Shown: positions 9,418-20,734, counted from the first letter of the stretch. The stretch is 64,000 nucleotides of DNA from Candidatus Atribacteria bacterium UBA6794 (GCA_002452835.1 DKFO01000072.1:9902-73901), one strand, 5' to 3'. Numbers and translations: made by a program. Notes: a model not told the origin generated them from the letters alone.

Positions 9418-11313
9418 ATGTCTCATTATCAATATGATGTTATTGTTATCGGTGGCGGACATGCCGGTTGTGAGGCAGCACTGGCTGCTGCCCGCCGTGG
9501 TGCCAAAACATTGCTGGTTACCTCCAATGTGGACAACATTGCCCTCTTACCCTGTAATCCTTCTATAGGTGGTCCAGGGAAAGGTCATGTAGCAAGAGAA
9601 ATTGATGCCTTAGGCGGAGAATTAGCCAAAAATACTGACAAGACTACCTTGCATATTCGCATGCTCAACACCAGCAAAGGACCAGCTATGTGGGCCTTAA
9701 GAGCCCAAGTTGATAAAAATAGATACAAAGAGGAAATGATTCATACCATTCAAAATCAACCTAATCTATCTTTAGTTCAAGAAATGGTTGGTCAGTTACT
9801 GATTAGCGATAATAAAATGGAGGGTATAGTCACCCAAAGTGGATTGTCATTTCATTCTCCCACTGTTATTTTAACGGTAGGAACATTTCTAAATGGAATG
9901 ATTTATATTGGAAAAATACGGTATAGTGCCGGGCGAGCTGGAGAGATAGCTTCCCTTGCCCTTGCCAATCAACTAAAAGCATTAGATTTTAAAACGACTC
10001 GCTTTAACACCTGTACCCCTCCTCGCATAGATAGGCGAAGTATCGATTTTTCTGATTTAGCTGAACAACAAAGTGCCAGTGAACCACTTGCCTTCTCCTA
10101 TGAATCGGAAAAGAAAATCTATAATAAATATAAGGTCTACGTTACCAGAACCAATGACCAAACCCAACAGGTAATAGAAAAATATCTAACCCAAGTTCCC
10201 TTAATCAATGGAACAATAGACAGTGCTCCTACCAGATATTGTCCCTCTATTGAGGATAAGGTTATTCGTTTCCCTCAGCATAAGTCCCATCAATTATTTC
10301 TTGAGCCAGAAAGTGAAACCACGGAAGAGATTTACCTGCAGGGTTTTTTTACCAGTCTTCCTCCCTTAGCCCAGCAGGAAGCCTTATCTACTATCAAGGG
10401 CTTGGAAAATTGCCAGATAATACGTTATGGATATGCCATTGAATATGATGTTATTCTTCCCTATCAACTAAAATATTCTTTAGAAACTAAAAAAATCAAG
10501 GGATTATTCTTAGCAGGACAGATAAACGGAACCTCCGGCTATGAAGAGGCCGCTGAACAAGGACTTATTGCTGGAATAAATGCGGTACAGTTTTTAACTC
10601 ATCAAGAACCATTTATTCTTGATCGTTCCCAGGCTTATATTGCGGTAGAGATAGATGACCTGGTGACTAAAAGCGTTACTGAACCGTATCGTTTAAGGAC
10701 TGGTTTAGCCGAATACCGCCTTTTACTACGCCAGGATAATGCTGATTTAAGATTAACCCCTTATGGTTATAAATATGGATTAATCTCCGAAGAAAGATAT
10801 CAAAAATTTCTGGCTAAAAAAGAGGCCATAGAAAGAGAAATAGAGCGGCTTCATCAATTAAAAATATACCCCAATGAGTTTACCAATCAGCAACTGGTTA
10901 GCTTAAATTCATCTCCCATCCAGAAGCCGGTTACTCTGGCAGATTTAATTACCCGTCCCCAATTAAATTATGCTAATACAGCAATCTTAGATTCAAATAG
11001 ACCAAAATTGGAGGCAGAAGTTATCAGTCAGGTCGAGATAGAGCTTAAATACTCTGGTTATATTAAAAGACAGGAAGAAGAAGTAAGAAGATTTAAAAAG
11101 ACTGAAAATTATAAAATACCTGCTGATATTAACTATGATCAGCTGTATGGAATTTCCCACGAAGGGAGGCAAAGGTTTAAGGAAATAAGACCGGTCTCTT
11201 TAGGTCAGGCCAAGAGAATTCCAGGCATAACACCTGCTGATATTACTGCCCTACTAATTAACCTGGAAAAAATAAAAAGAGGTAAAAAAAATAAGAGTAA
11301 ATATACTAATTAA
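9418..11313 (+). CDS. mnmG: tRNA uridine-5-carboxymethylaminomethyl(34) synthesis enzyme MnmG
   Basis: GGGHAGCEAA, CNPSIGG, RYCPSIEDK, AGQINGTSGYEEAA. Confidence 0.97.
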   Translation: MSHYQYDVIVIGGGHAGCEAALAAARRGAKTLLVTSNVDNIALLPCNPSIGGPGKGHVAREIDALGGELAKNTDKTTLHIRMLNTSKGPAMWALRAQVDKNRYKEEMIHTIQNQPNLSLVQEMVGQLLISDNKMEGIVTQSGLSFHSPTVILTVGTFLNGMIYIGKIRYSAGRAGEIASLALANQLKALDFKTTRFNTCTPPRIDRRSIDFSDLAEQQSASEPLAFSYESEKKIYNKYKVYVTRTNDQTQQVIEKYLTQVPLINGTIDSAPTRYCPSIEDKVIRFPQHKSHQLFLEPESETTEEIYLQGFFTSLPPLAQQEALSTIKGLENCQIIRYGYAIEYDVILPYQLKYSLETKKIKGLFLAGQINGTSGYEEAAEQGLIAGINAVQFLTHQEPFILDRSQAYIAVEIDDLVTKSVTEPYRLRTGLAEYRLLLRQDNADLRLTPYGYKYGLISEERYQKFLAKKEAIEREIERLHQLKIYPNEFTNQQLVSLNSSPIQKPVTLADLITRPQLNYANTAILDSNRPKLEAEVISQVEIELKYSGYIKRQEEEVRRFKKTENYKIPADINYDQLYGISHEGRQRFKEIRPVSLGQAKRIPGITPADITALLINLEKIKRGKKNKSKYTN

Positions 11314-11356
11314 GCTGATGAATTATCTAATTATTATTTCTTAAATGGTCTTTTCA

Positions 11357-12226
11357 CTAAAAAACTTGTTTGCGGGCAGCTTGCAGGGTATTTTGCATAA
11401 GCATCATATTAGTAACCGGACCTACGCCACCTGGAACAGGCGTAATTTTAGCAGCAACCTGAGATACTTCCTCAAAATCAACATCACCAACCAGTTTTCC
11501 CTCAACTTCGTTAGTTCCCACATCTATTACTACGGTGCCCTCTCTAATCATATCTTTCTTAATCAACCTGGCTACCCCGGCTGCCGCTACTACTACATCT
11601 CCTTTCTGGGTGAAAGAAGCAAGATTCTTTGTTCTGGAATGACAGATAGTTACCGTGGCATTGGCCTGAGGCTGTTTTAAGAGTAAAATGAGTGCTAGTG
11701 GTTTTCCTACCACACTACTTCTCCCTACAATGACCACATGTTTGCCTTCTACCTCAATCTTTTCCCTCTTTAATATCTCAAAAACAGCATTAGGGGTACA
11801 AGGTAAAAAATCAGGATTCCCCATAGCTAATTTACCCATGTTAATGGGGTTAAAACAATCTACATCCTTGACGGGAGATAATGCTTCCCTGATTTTGTCT
11901 TCCTTAATATGATCAGGTAAGGGAGTTTGGACTATTATCCCATGAACTGCCTCATTTTGGTTCAACTCTTGTAATAGGGCTAACAATTTATCTTCAGTAG
12001 TTTCGGTAGCAAGAGAATGCTTCCCAAACTCAATATTGACCTTCTGGCAATTTTTCTCAATCATACGCACATAAAACAAGGAAGCTGGATCTTCCCCTAA
12101 AATAATCACCGAAAGTCTGGGTTTTACCCCCGTTTTCTGAAAGAATTGAATTGATGCTAACTTTAACTCATTTTCTAAAGCATCGGCAATAGTCTTTCCC
12201 TTAATGATATTACTTTCTTGATTCAT
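11357..12226 (-). CDS. folD: Bifunctional methylenetetrahydrofolate dehydrogenase/cyclohydrolase
   Basis: KDVDCF, PCTP, GRSSVVGKP, ITPVPGGVGPVT. Confidence 0.96.
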   Translation of the reverse strand: MNQESNIIKGKTIADALENELKLASIQFFQKTGVKPRLSVIILGEDPASLFYVRMIEKNCQKVNIEFGKHSLATETTEDKLLALLQELNQNEAVHGIIVQTPLPDHIKEDKIREALSPVKDVDCFNPINMGKLAMGNPDFLPCTPNAVFEILKREKIEVEGKHVVIVGRSSVVGKPLALILLLKQPQANATVTICHSRTKNLASFTQKGDVVVAAAGVARLIKKDMIREGTVVIDVGTNEVEGKLVGDVDFEEVSQVAAKITPVPGGVGPVTNMMLMQNTLQAARKQVF

Positions 12227-12438
12227 TACCTAATCTCCTGTTTTCTATATTCATTTTTACATTATTCTTTTTACAGCCATATTTGGCTATCCGAATGATA
12301 GAGATGAGCTGATGTCTTACTTATAGAAATATTTAATATATTTAATATATTGACACCACTTTATTCGGCCATGAGTAAAAAACTGTTTTTAACAGATTAA
12401 TATAGATGCCTTGGATACTGAGTATATGAATTAGTTTA

Positions 12439-14397
12439 TTATGGTAAGTAATTTAACGGATTAACCGGCTTACCTTTTTCCCTAATTTCAAAATGGAGAT
12501 GAGAACCAGTAGCATTACCGGTAGCACCCACTCGAGCAATAATATCTCCCTTGTTTACAGTTTGCCCTACTTTTACTAAATTAGCTGAATTATGAGCATA
12601 TACAGTAGAATAACCATCTCGATGGTCAATGATTATAGTATAACCATAGCCATTAATATAACCGTTAAAGCTTACCTTACCACTTTCCGCGGCTCTGATA
12701 GAAGCACCGCTATTAGCATCAATATCCAGGCCAGTATGATAATCACGTCTTCCACCTAAAGTTCTTACTCCAAAGTGAGAAGTAATTAATCCTTTTAGTG
12801 GCCAGATAAAAGAAAGAGAAGAAGATGGGGAATAATTTCGGGCGTTGGGTATGACTAATTTTTGCCCTACATAAATTCTGCTGGTTTCCGAAATACGATT
12901 AGCACTGGTAATAGACTGCAAACTAACCTGATATTTTCTGGAAATTTCCCAGAGAGTCTCACCTTTTTGGACATAATGGACCACATCTTTAGTCTGAACT
13001 TCCTCTTTTGCTACACTTGATTTGCCTGCCACCTGCTCAGTAGCTAAAGCAGTAACCGGGATATTCAATTTTTGACCAATAGCAAGTTGAGTAATATTTT
13101 CCAGCTGATTTATATTAATAATTTCATGCATTCTGACCCCAAATTTTTGGGCAATATTCCAGAGTGTATCACCCTTAACCACAGTATATTCAACAGTTTT
13201 TGTTTTTACATTATTTCCCCCCATAGCCGGTATTTCCAATTTCTGTCCCACTGATAGGATATCTTTATTGGTCAAATAATTAACAGCCACTATGCCTTCC
13301 ATTGATACCCCATATTGTTGGGCAATAGTCCATAAGGTATCCCCTGGCTTAACAGTATAATAAACCGGCTCTTGTTCTACTTGGGGGGAGTCTGGTTCTA
13401 TACTGGACTTGTTCTGTTCTGCCACTTCCATAGGAACTATTTCCGTTGCAGATTGTTCACTAACCTTTATTTTTAATCTTTGCCCAGGATAAACATAATC
13501 TTTGGGGGAGATTTGATTAAGTTGACAGATAGTCTCCATTGGAATACGGTATTTCTGAGCAATAAGGGAAATACTCTCTCCATATTCCACAATATGTTCC
13601 ACCCAGTTGTCCTCAGATTCTTTCTCAGTATTTTCTATCTGTTTGGACTTATCATCTGTTTGTTTGGTTCCCAGAGGAATCTTAATAATTTGGCCAATTG
13701 ATAACTTCTCCGTATTTTCTAACTCATTCACCTGGGATAGTTCTTTCAGAGAAACCTGATAATGCTGAGCAATAGTCCATAAATTTTCACCTGGCTTTAC
13801 CTCATAACTGATCTCCTTAACCGATTCCTGGAACTCTTCATTTATGCTACTGGTTATCTCCTTTAAATTAGTTCTCTCACTTTCGAAAGAAAGATCTACT
13901 GGTTTTGAATCATTATCTTTAGCTATATCCTCTTTACTATTACTTATAGGAACCTTAATCTGCTGACCAATATATAAAGAATCAGGTTTTGCTAATTCAT
14001 TTACCCGAGAAAGCTCATCTAATGATAGGCGATACTGTTGGGCAATATCCCAAAGACTTTCTCCCTTTTGAACAGTATGAATAACGGTAGAGACTGACTC
14101 ACTTTGATGGGAATCTTTAGTTTCATTTTGGGGAATTTTTATTAATAGACCGGGTAGTAATAGCTCTTTTTCATCTATATTATTTGCTTCGGTAACTTCT
14201 TGAATGGACAACTGAAATTGCCTGGCAATTGACCATAGACAATCACCCTCTTTTATCTCATACTCTATATATTCCTGGGCTAACACAATTACCGGACAAT
14301 TTACCAATAAAAGTGTGAGTAAGACGAGCAAGAAAGTTACTCTTAGCCAGGCTTTGTAGATAAAAGCATGATTTGGCTCATCACTCATTATTAACAC
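12439..14397 (-). CDS. Secreted peptidoglycan endopeptidase with 7 LysM domains and C-terminal M23 peptidase
   Basis: Signal-like N-terminus; seven (Y/H)xVxxG(D/E)xLxxIA repeats; HTGLD and HLHFE M23 motifs. Confidence 0.93.
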   Translation of the reverse strand: MLIMSDEPNHAFIYKAWLRVTFLLVLLTLLLVNCPVIVLAQEYIEYEIKEGDCLWSIARQFQLSIQEVTEANNIDEKELLLPGLLIKIPQNETKDSHQSESVSTVIHTVQKGESLWDIAQQYRLSLDELSRVNELAKPDSLYIGQQIKVPISNSKEDIAKDNDSKPVDLSFESERTNLKEITSSINEEFQESVKEISYEVKPGENLWTIAQHYQVSLKELSQVNELENTEKLSIGQIIKIPLGTKQTDDKSKQIENTEKESEDNWVEHIVEYGESISLIAQKYRIPMETICQLNQISPKDYVYPGQRLKIKVSEQSATEIVPMEVAEQNKSSIEPDSPQVEQEPVYYTVKPGDTLWTIAQQYGVSMEGIVAVNYLTNKDILSVGQKLEIPAMGGNNVKTKTVEYTVVKGDTLWNIAQKFGVRMHEIININQLENITQLAIGQKLNIPVTALATEQVAGKSSVAKEEVQTKDVVHYVQKGETLWEISRKYQVSLQSITSANRISETSRIYVGQKLVIPNARNYSPSSSLSFIWPLKGLITSHFGVRTLGGRRDYHTGLDIDANSGASIRAAESGKVSFNGYINGYGYTIIIDHRDGYSTVYAHNSANLVKVGQTVNKGDIIARVGATGNATGSHLHFEIREKGKPVNPLNYLP

Positions 14398-14731
14398 CTA
14401 TAAATTTTATTTATTTTCTAGGAGTATCACCAGCTGGGCTAATATTTCTTATAGAAGTAGAAAAAAAATCTAGCTATAAATAATATAATATATATTTATA
14501 ATTCTTTCTAATACTAATAGCTAATAGGCGGTTTTTGATAGTTTATAATGGTATAATTTTATTCTGGCATAATTTTTTAATATCGCAGTCCTGATAAATT
14601 CTGATACTATAAAATTACCAATAATGATTTATTGTTTTTTCCATTATATTACATCTTATAAAAAAATTGCAAGAAATTTTCTAAAAAAATTATTTACTTA
14701 TATATGTGTCATTGTCCATAATTACAAATTG

Positions 14732-14820
14732 CAAGATATTCAGGGGAGGTATCCCCTGAAACCCCTCAATTATCAGTATTGAGTATTTAGTATTTAGTTT
14801 AAATGATAGTTAATAAATAA
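14732..14820. repeat. Dispersed intergenic element, copy A (partial): GC hairpin plus 7-mer AGTAT tract
   Basis: CAAGATATTCAGGGGAGGTATCCCCTGAAACCCCTCAATTAT then AGTATTG AGTATTT AGTATTT; near-identical to 22460 and 60009. Confidence 0.9.
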
Positions 14821-14892
14821 TTTGTACTATTAAGGTACTATTAATTATTAAGTCTCTTTTGTTTATTATTTCTATGCTTTATATTATTTATA

Positions 14893-15066
14893 TTATTTAT
14901 TACGAAGTTGCTGCTCTAAAAAGGCATCAATTGCCTCTTTTTTAAAACGCCAAATTCTACCAATCTTTATAGCTGGTATCTTTTCTTCTCTAGCCCATTG
15001 ATAGATAGTTAGTGGTTTAACTTGGAGATATTCTGCAACTTGTTTTGCGGTCAGGTATTCTTCCAT
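14893..15066 (-). CDS. Small excisionase/BldC-like (HTH_17) DNA-binding protein, absent from ORF track
   Basis: Manual translation MEEYLTAKQVAEYLQVKPLTIYQWAREEKIPAIKIGRIWRFKKEAIDAFLEQQLRNK (57 aa); AGGAGG RBS at 15075-15080. Confidence 0.92.
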   Translation of the reverse strand: MEEYLTAKQVAEYLQVKPLTIYQWAREEKIPAIKIGRIWRFKKEAIDAFLEQQLRNK

Positions 15067-15174
15067 TATTTTTTCCTCCTTTTAATATAATGTTCAATTA
15101 GAATTAGAAAACCAATTTATCAGAAACTCTTCTTTTCTGGAATAGTTTATTCACTTGAAAAGTCCTTTAAAAAC

Positions 15175-15203
15175 ATTTTATTGTTTTTTTATAGTATTGT
15201 CAA
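15175..15203 (-). promoter_or_regulatory. Sigma70-type promoter for the small HTH gene
   Basis: Minus strand TTGACA-17 bp-TAAAAT. Confidence 0.65.
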
Positions 15204-15241
15204 TTTTCTGGTCTATCTTTTTATCTTTAAATATAATTCAG

Positions 15242-17536
15242 TTAATTTTTATAGATTATTTGATATATGAGATAAGAACGCATAACCTTTTTAATATGTT
15301 CAGAAGTTTCTGCATAGGGAATATTCTCAACAAAGATATCAAGGTCCTTAATATCCATATTTTCTAACCATCGATCGGTAATCCCGGGTCCAGCATTATA
15401 TCCAGAAACAATAAGATAAGTATTTTTATCAAATCTTTCCTGTAAGTACTGTAAATACCAACCGCCAAATTTGATATTAACCTCTGGATTAAAAAGTAAA
15501 TCATATTCAAATTCCTGGTAATTAAGCTTTTGGGCAATCCAATCACCGGTGGAGAACATAATCTGCATCAATCCTCTTGCACCAGCTTTTGATTCACTAT
15601 AGGGATTAAAGTGACTTTCCTCTCTGATAGTAGCCCAGATGAGATAAGGATCCAGATAGTAGTGAGCAGCTATTTTTTTCACCAGAGAATAATAGTAAGT
15701 AGGAAAGGTATATTCCCAAATCACCAGAGGTATTTGTTCTTTATTATTAATTAAAAAATAATTAAACAATATCTGGGCATGGGAGAGGGAGCGGTAATAT
15801 TCTTCAGCTTCTGCATATGCTTTAGTAAGTAAAAACTGTAAATAGATATTATTAGGTCCCGGTTTAAGGGCATAACTTATCTCCAAAATTGATTCTTGAT
15901 AGAGTCCTACAATGAGCAATAGTTCAGCCTTATAGGAGGACAATTGAGCAACCCTATCTTTGGGAAAATAATCTTTTTTTAATTCCTCCTGGGAAATTTT
16001 TTTGCTTTGGGCAACAATACTTTCTAAATCATAATACGACTTTCTTATCTCAACAGGAATACGAAAGGAATAGTAACTGTCTGGATATTGTTTTATCAGT
16101 CTTTCATACCATGCTACTCCTTTATTTTCATCTAAGGGATATAATAATTTACCCATCCAATATATTGCATCATCAACTCTTTCACTCTGGGGGAAATATT
16201 CATAAATAAATTGATAATATGCCAGCGCTTCTTTTATTAAATTCTTATCAGTATAATAACGAGCTAATAGCCAGGCCGCTTCCTGGGCTGGTGCTGATTG
16301 AGGATATTCAGAAAGCAATTGATTTAGTATCTTAATTCCCTCTTCTTCCTTATTTTGTAAAAACTCTATTTCTGATAAACGTAAAAAGGAAGCTTGAGCA
16401 AAATAACTTTCTGGATATTGTTCAATTATCTGATCATATTTCATGCCAGCCAGATTACGATTCCCGGTAGATAGTAAGGCACCGGCATAGAGATATAAAG
16501 TCCTCACTATGATTTCTTCCTGAACAAAATTTTCTAAGATATAAAGACACTGGTCAATTGCCCTTTCGTATTCGCCTTGATAATAAATAGCTCTGGCTTT
16601 TTGGTAATTCACCTGCGCTAAGTCAACCTGATGAGCATATTTAGCTATTATTTCCTCATAAAACAGTTCTGCTGCTTTGTAATGACCATAGTTAAATAAA
16701 ATTTCGGCGCAAAATAAGGACAAATCGGGCGGCATCTCAAGACCTTTTTTGTCTTTAGCTATTTGAAATCTACTTACCAATAAATTTTCCAGCATTGAGA
16801 TTCGCTCTCGCTCATAACGGTTTTCAATTAACTCCTTTAGAAGAAGCAAAGAGTCAAGAAATTGTCCTTCTTCCCACAAAACATCACTCATTTTAGAGAG
16901 AGCTTTTGCTTTTAATTTTTCTTCCTGGGAAATTTCTACTACCAAACGACCCTCCCTCAAAAATTGCTCCCATTGATTATTATTTAGATAGAGTAAGGCC
17001 AGTTGGTAGTGAACTAAGGGGATTATTGCACTTTCTGGATATTCTTCTATGAGTTTTTGAAATGATTGTTGGGCATTACTGGTGTCTTTACTATTTAAAT
17101 AACAATTCCCTAACAAATAAATAGCATACTCCTGCAGCAAAGGCACTTCAGTAATAAGGTCTTGGTAGACTCTAAGAGCAGAATCCCATCGTTGCAGTTT
17201 CTCAAAACATTGTCCTTTTAATAATTGGCTCTTTAGGTAAAGGGGAAGATATAAATTACTGTATTCAATTTTTTCTAATTCCCCTATAGCCTGAGCAAAG
17301 TGCCCGTTTTCAAAATAGGAAAGTGCATTATTAAAATAAGCATTCTGAGCCGGGAAACTATCTTCTTGCTCTAATAGATAGGAAAGCTGAAATATTTTTA
17401 GCTGTTTTTCGCTCCTATCATCCCAGGATTGGGCATAGACACAAGAAGTTACTGTTACCAGAATTAAAAAAATAATCAGCAAGGATAATATTAATAGTTT
17501 TAACTCAATTCTGGAAGATAAACTATCTTTAAGCAT
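15242..17536 (-). CDS. TPR-repeat protein with C-terminal soluble lytic transglycosylase (SLT) domain
   Basis: Multiple TPR-like repeats ending in YPxS; REESHFNP, GARGLMQIM, GYNAGPG, IPYAET. Confidence 0.9.
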   Translation of the reverse strand: MLKDSLSSRIELKLLILSLLIIFLILVTVTSCVYAQSWDDRSEKQLKIFQLSYLLEQEDSFPAQNAYFNNALSYFENGHFAQAIGELEKIEYSNLYLPLYLKSQLLKGQCFEKLQRWDSALRVYQDLITEVPLLQEYAIYLLGNCYLNSKDTSNAQQSFQKLIEEYPESAIIPLVHYQLALLYLNNNQWEQFLREGRLVVEISQEEKLKAKALSKMSDVLWEEGQFLDSLLLLKELIENRYERERISMLENLLVSRFQIAKDKKGLEMPPDLSLFCAEILFNYGHYKAAELFYEEIIAKYAHQVDLAQVNYQKARAIYYQGEYERAIDQCLYILENFVQEEIIVRTLYLYAGALLSTGNRNLAGMKYDQIIEQYPESYFAQASFLRLSEIEFLQNKEEEGIKILNQLLSEYPQSAPAQEAAWLLARYYTDKNLIKEALAYYQFIYEYFPQSERVDDAIYWMGKLLYPLDENKGVAWYERLIKQYPDSYYSFRIPVEIRKSYYDLESIVAQSKKISQEELKKDYFPKDRVAQLSSYKAELLLIVGLYQESILEISYALKPGPNNIYLQFLLTKAYAEAEEYYRSLSHAQILFNYFLINNKEQIPLVIWEYTFPTYYYSLVKKIAAHYYLDPYLIWATIREESHFNPYSESKAGARGLMQIMFSTGDWIAQKLNYQEFEYDLLFNPEVNIKFGGWYLQYLQERFDKNTYLIVSGYNAGPGITDRWLENMDIKDLDIFVENIPYAETSEHIKKVMRSYLIYQIIYKN

Positions 17537-17580
17537 AACTCTATTTTATTATTATTTTATAGTATTTGCAAAATCCCGAC

Positions 17581-18606
17581 CTAATTTTCTTTTTGAAATC
17601 TCTCCAGCAATGTTAAAACATAGTCCATCTCTTGCTGGTTACTGATAGTAAAACGGATATAATGCTCATCAAGACCAGAAAACTCTTCTCCCCAGGCTGC
17701 AAAGGTGTAGACACCCTCTTTTCTTAAATATTGCCATACTTTTTTAGTATTTTCCAGACTAACAAAATCAGCCAGCACAAAATTAGCTCGAGAAGAAAAC
17801 ACCATAATGCCCATCTGCTGTAAGCCATTGATAAATTGGTCTCTTACTCTTGCTATTTCTTCCCATATTCCCTGGAAATAAGCTAAATACTTTAATACCT
17901 TAATGCCTGCCATTTCCGCCATTTTATTTACTCTAAAATGCTGGCAATAATAAGCTATCTTAGCTATGTTCCTTGTTGAGGAAACGGCAAACCCTAATCT
18001 AAAACCTGCTAAGCCAAAATTTTTGGAAAAACTACGAGAGATAACCAGATTAGGATATTCTTGTATTAAATCTACTACCGATTCACCCAGATACTCATAG
18101 TTACACTCATCAACTGCCACTATAGCAGAACCAGAGGTGATGGCTAATATTTTTTTAATCTCATCTCTGGCAATAGAACTACCAGTAGGATTATTGGGGT
18201 TACAAATCCAGATAAGGCTTGCCTTTTTTAAATCCTGCTCACTGTAATTCAATTGATAATGATAATCCTGTAAACAGGGAACCAATTGATGGTGGAATCC
18301 ATTACGTTTGGCACTAACTTCATACTGAGAAAAGGTAGGGACAGGAATGAGAATTAATTGACTGCCAAATGCTCTGGTAACTGATTCAATTACCTCATCC
18401 GAACCATTGGTAGGCAGGATACTCTCTGGAGTAACCCCTACGTACTCTGCTAATTTATTAGAAAGAGCTCGGTAATAACCTCCACTGGGATATTCATTCA
18501 TAAAGTGCAGTTCTTCGGATAACTCCTTTAAGAACTCCGGAGGTAAAGGATATTTTAAACAGGAATGCTCTAAATGAATTGATTTGTTAATCTTATCTTT
18601 TCTCAT
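17581..18606 (-). CDS. PLP-dependent class I/II aminotransferase, HisC/CobD-like
   Basis: NGSDE, CNPNNPTG, DECNYEY, SRSFSKNFGLAGFRLG. Confidence 0.85.
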   Translation of the reverse strand: MRKDKINKSIHLEHSCLKYPLPPEFLKELSEELHFMNEYPSGGYYRALSNKLAEYVGVTPESILPTNGSDEVIESVTRAFGSQLILIPVPTFSQYEVSAKRNGFHHQLVPCLQDYHYQLNYSEQDLKKASLIWICNPNNPTGSSIARDEIKKILAITSGSAIVAVDECNYEYLGESVVDLIQEYPNLVISRSFSKNFGLAGFRLGFAVSSTRNIAKIAYYCQHFRVNKMAEMAGIKVLKYLAYFQGIWEEIARVRDQFINGLQQMGIMVFSSRANFVLADFVSLENTKKVWQYLRKEGVYTFAAWGEEFSGLDEHYIRFTISNQQEMDYVLTLLERFQKEN

Positions 18607-19277
18607 TATTTTTTATTCTCCCATCCTGGAAAAGCTAATCTATCTTCCAGTATATTTAAAAGTTTGCTTACCAAGGAAACCAGGGCTAAATAAATTACTC
18701 CAATTACTAAAAAAACTTCTGTATAGGCAAAATATCGGGAAGCAACAATTTTCCCTGCTCCGGTTAATTCAATACAGGTCACCATAAAAGCCAGGGAAGA
18801 ATATTTTATCAGGTAGATAATCTCATTAGAACAACCGGGAATTGCCCTACGCAGAGCCTGTGGTAAGACGATATTTAAAACAGCACTTATTTTACTCATT
18901 CCCAGAGCTTGAGCCGCCAGTATCTGTCCACTCTTTACTGACTGAATGGCTCCTCGAATATATTCGGCATGATAGGCACTGCTGCAGAGGATAAATCCGA
19001 TAACTGAAGCCACAAAAGGTGATAAATAAATCCCTAAGGAGGGAAGCCCATAATAGAGGATAAATAGTTGAATTAAAAGTGGGGTTCCTCTGAAAAACAC
19101 AATATAAGCTTTACAGAAAAAGGATACTATAATATTTCCATACACTCGACCCACTGCTATTACAATACCAACTACTAACCCTATTGGGATTGACCAGCAG
19201 ACTAATTTTATGGTCATCAAAAATCCTTCCTGTAGGGCAGGAAACAATATTTCCAGAAAGAATTGCCAGTTAATCAT
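18606..19277 (-). CDS. Polar amino acid ABC transporter permease
   Basis: [32 protein letters not shown]. Confidence 0.93.
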   Translation of the reverse strand: MINWQFFLEILFPALQEGFLMTIKLVCWSIPIGLVVGIVIAVGRVYGNIIVSFFCKAYIVFFRGTPLLIQLFILYYGLPSLGIYLSPFVASVIGFILCSSAYHAEYIRGAIQSVKSGQILAAQALGMSKISAVLNIVLPQALRRAIPGCSNEIIYLIKYSSLAFMVTCIELTGAGKIVASRYFAYTEVFLVIGVIYLALVSLVSKLLNILEDRLAFPGWENKK

Positions 19278-20056
19278 CGTTTATGATACCCTTTTATATC
19301 CCCATATAATTCAGTTAATTTGAACAAAAATTTCCTGGTTCGTTCATATTCAGGTTGATAAAACAACTTTTCTGGTGGGCCACTTTCCAAGATTCTTCCC
19401 CTTTCTAGAAAAATAATTTCATCAGCTACCGAACGAGCAAAACCCATCTCATGGGTTACCACCACCATAGTCATACCTTCTTGAGCCAATTTCTGCATAA
19501 CACCCAGGACCTCACCAATTAATTCTGGATCGAGTGCTGAGGTTGGCTCATCGAAAAGCATTACTTCAGGGTCCATAGCCAAAGCCCTGGCGATAGAAAC
19601 ACGCTGTTTTTGTCCCCCTGATAACTCTGCCGGGTATAAAAAAGCCTGTTTTACTAAACCTACTTTTTGCAACTCTGACATAGCTTTATCTCGGGCTTCC
19701 TGTTTTTTCATTCCTTTCACCTTAATTAAGGCAATCTCTACATTACTTACTGCATTGAGATGGTCAAATAAATTAAAATCTTGAAAAACCATGCCAATTT
19801 TTTGACGAAATTGATTAATCTGCCGGGCATTATGATGATTTACCTCCTGGCCTCTTAACCAGATAGTCCCTTTATCGGGAATAGTTAATTGATTGATGCA
19901 CCTCAAAAGGGTACTTTTACCCATCCCTGAGGGTCCGATAATTACTTTTGTTTCTCCCTTATGTACCTCAAAGGAAATTCCCTTTAAAACCTCTTTATCC
20001 CCAAATGATTTATGAATATCTTTAACTTGTAAGATTAATTCTTTGTTTTTTGGCAT
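19274..20056 (-). CDS. Polar amino acid ABC transporter ATP-binding protein
   Basis: [28 protein letters not shown]. Confidence 0.95.
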   Translation of the reverse strand: MPKNKELILQVKDIHKSFGDKEVLKGISFEVHKGETKVIIGPSGMGKSTLLRCINQLTIPDKGTIWLRGQEVNHHNARQINQFRQKIGMVFQDFNLFDHLNAVSNVEIALIKVKGMKKQEARDKAMSELQKVGLVKQAFLYPAELSGGQKQRVSIARALAMDPEVMLFDEPTSALDPELIGEVLGVMQKLAQEGMTMVVVTHEMGFARSVADEIIFLERGRILESGPPEKLFYQPEYERTRKFLFKLTELYGDIKGYHKR

Positions 20057-20068
20057 TTTCTGTTCCTT

Positions 20069-20734
20069 TTATTTTTCAAATCCTGGCATCCTGACTTTTT
20101 CTTCTAAGAGATGTAATAGTTTCATTCCTGAATAAGATAATAGGAGAAAAATAATGGCACAGGTCAGGTAAATAGGCATAGGAAGGTAAGTTCGGGAGGC
20201 AATAAAATTACCTCTGGTAAGTATTTCCATTACCCCTATAGCGTAGGTTATGGCTGACTCGGTAAGCATAGCTGGATATTCATTAGACCAACCTGGGATA
20301 GAAATTCGCAAGGCCTGGGGCAAAATAATATTCCAGATAGCCTTCCCTTTGCTCATACCCAGAGAATAGGCAGCCATTAGTTGTCCCTTTCCTAGAGACT
20401 GGATACTTCCTCTAAAAATCTGGGACTGATAGGCAGAACTACGCAAACCTAATACCAGTACAGCAGCCATAAAAGCAGTTAAATTTAAACCAATCATAGT
20501 AAATAAACCATAATAGAAGAGAAATAACAATACCAGTATTGGTAATCCTCGAAAAAACCAGACATAAATAGCAATAATTTTTTTTATCCAGGAAGAAGCA
20601 AAGACCTGTCCTATAGCCAGGGGTACCCCGATAATAAAACCCAAAAATAGTGCACTTAGCACCAAGCCTAAGGTCGTGATAATTCCCTGCAATAAGAAAG
20701 GTAGTGCTTCATAAACTACCATTAAATTTTCCAT
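20069..20734 (-). CDS. Polar amino acid ABC transporter permease
   Basis: FRGLPILVLLF, SAYQSQIFRGSIQS, ILPQALR. Confidence 0.93.
   Translation of the reverse strand: MENLMVVYEALPFLLQGIITTLGLVLSALFLGFIIGVPLAIGQVFASSWIKKIIAIYVWFFRGLPILVLLFLFYYGLFTMIGLNLTAFMAAVLVLGLRSSAYQSQIFRGSIQSLGKGQLMAAYSLGMSKGKAIWNIILPQALRISIPGWSNEYPAMLTESAITYAIGVMEILTRGNFIASRTYLPMPIYLTCAIIFLLLSYSGMKLLHLLEEKVRMPGFEK

Noticed and set aside
12230..12435. THF or ZTP riboswitch upstream of folD
   Set aside because: Some pairing potential, but no consensus motifs recognised by eye; an Infernal/Rfam scan would settle it
14893..15066. Prophage or ICE marked by the excisionase-like gene
   Set aside because: No integrase, att-like repeats or phage genes nearby
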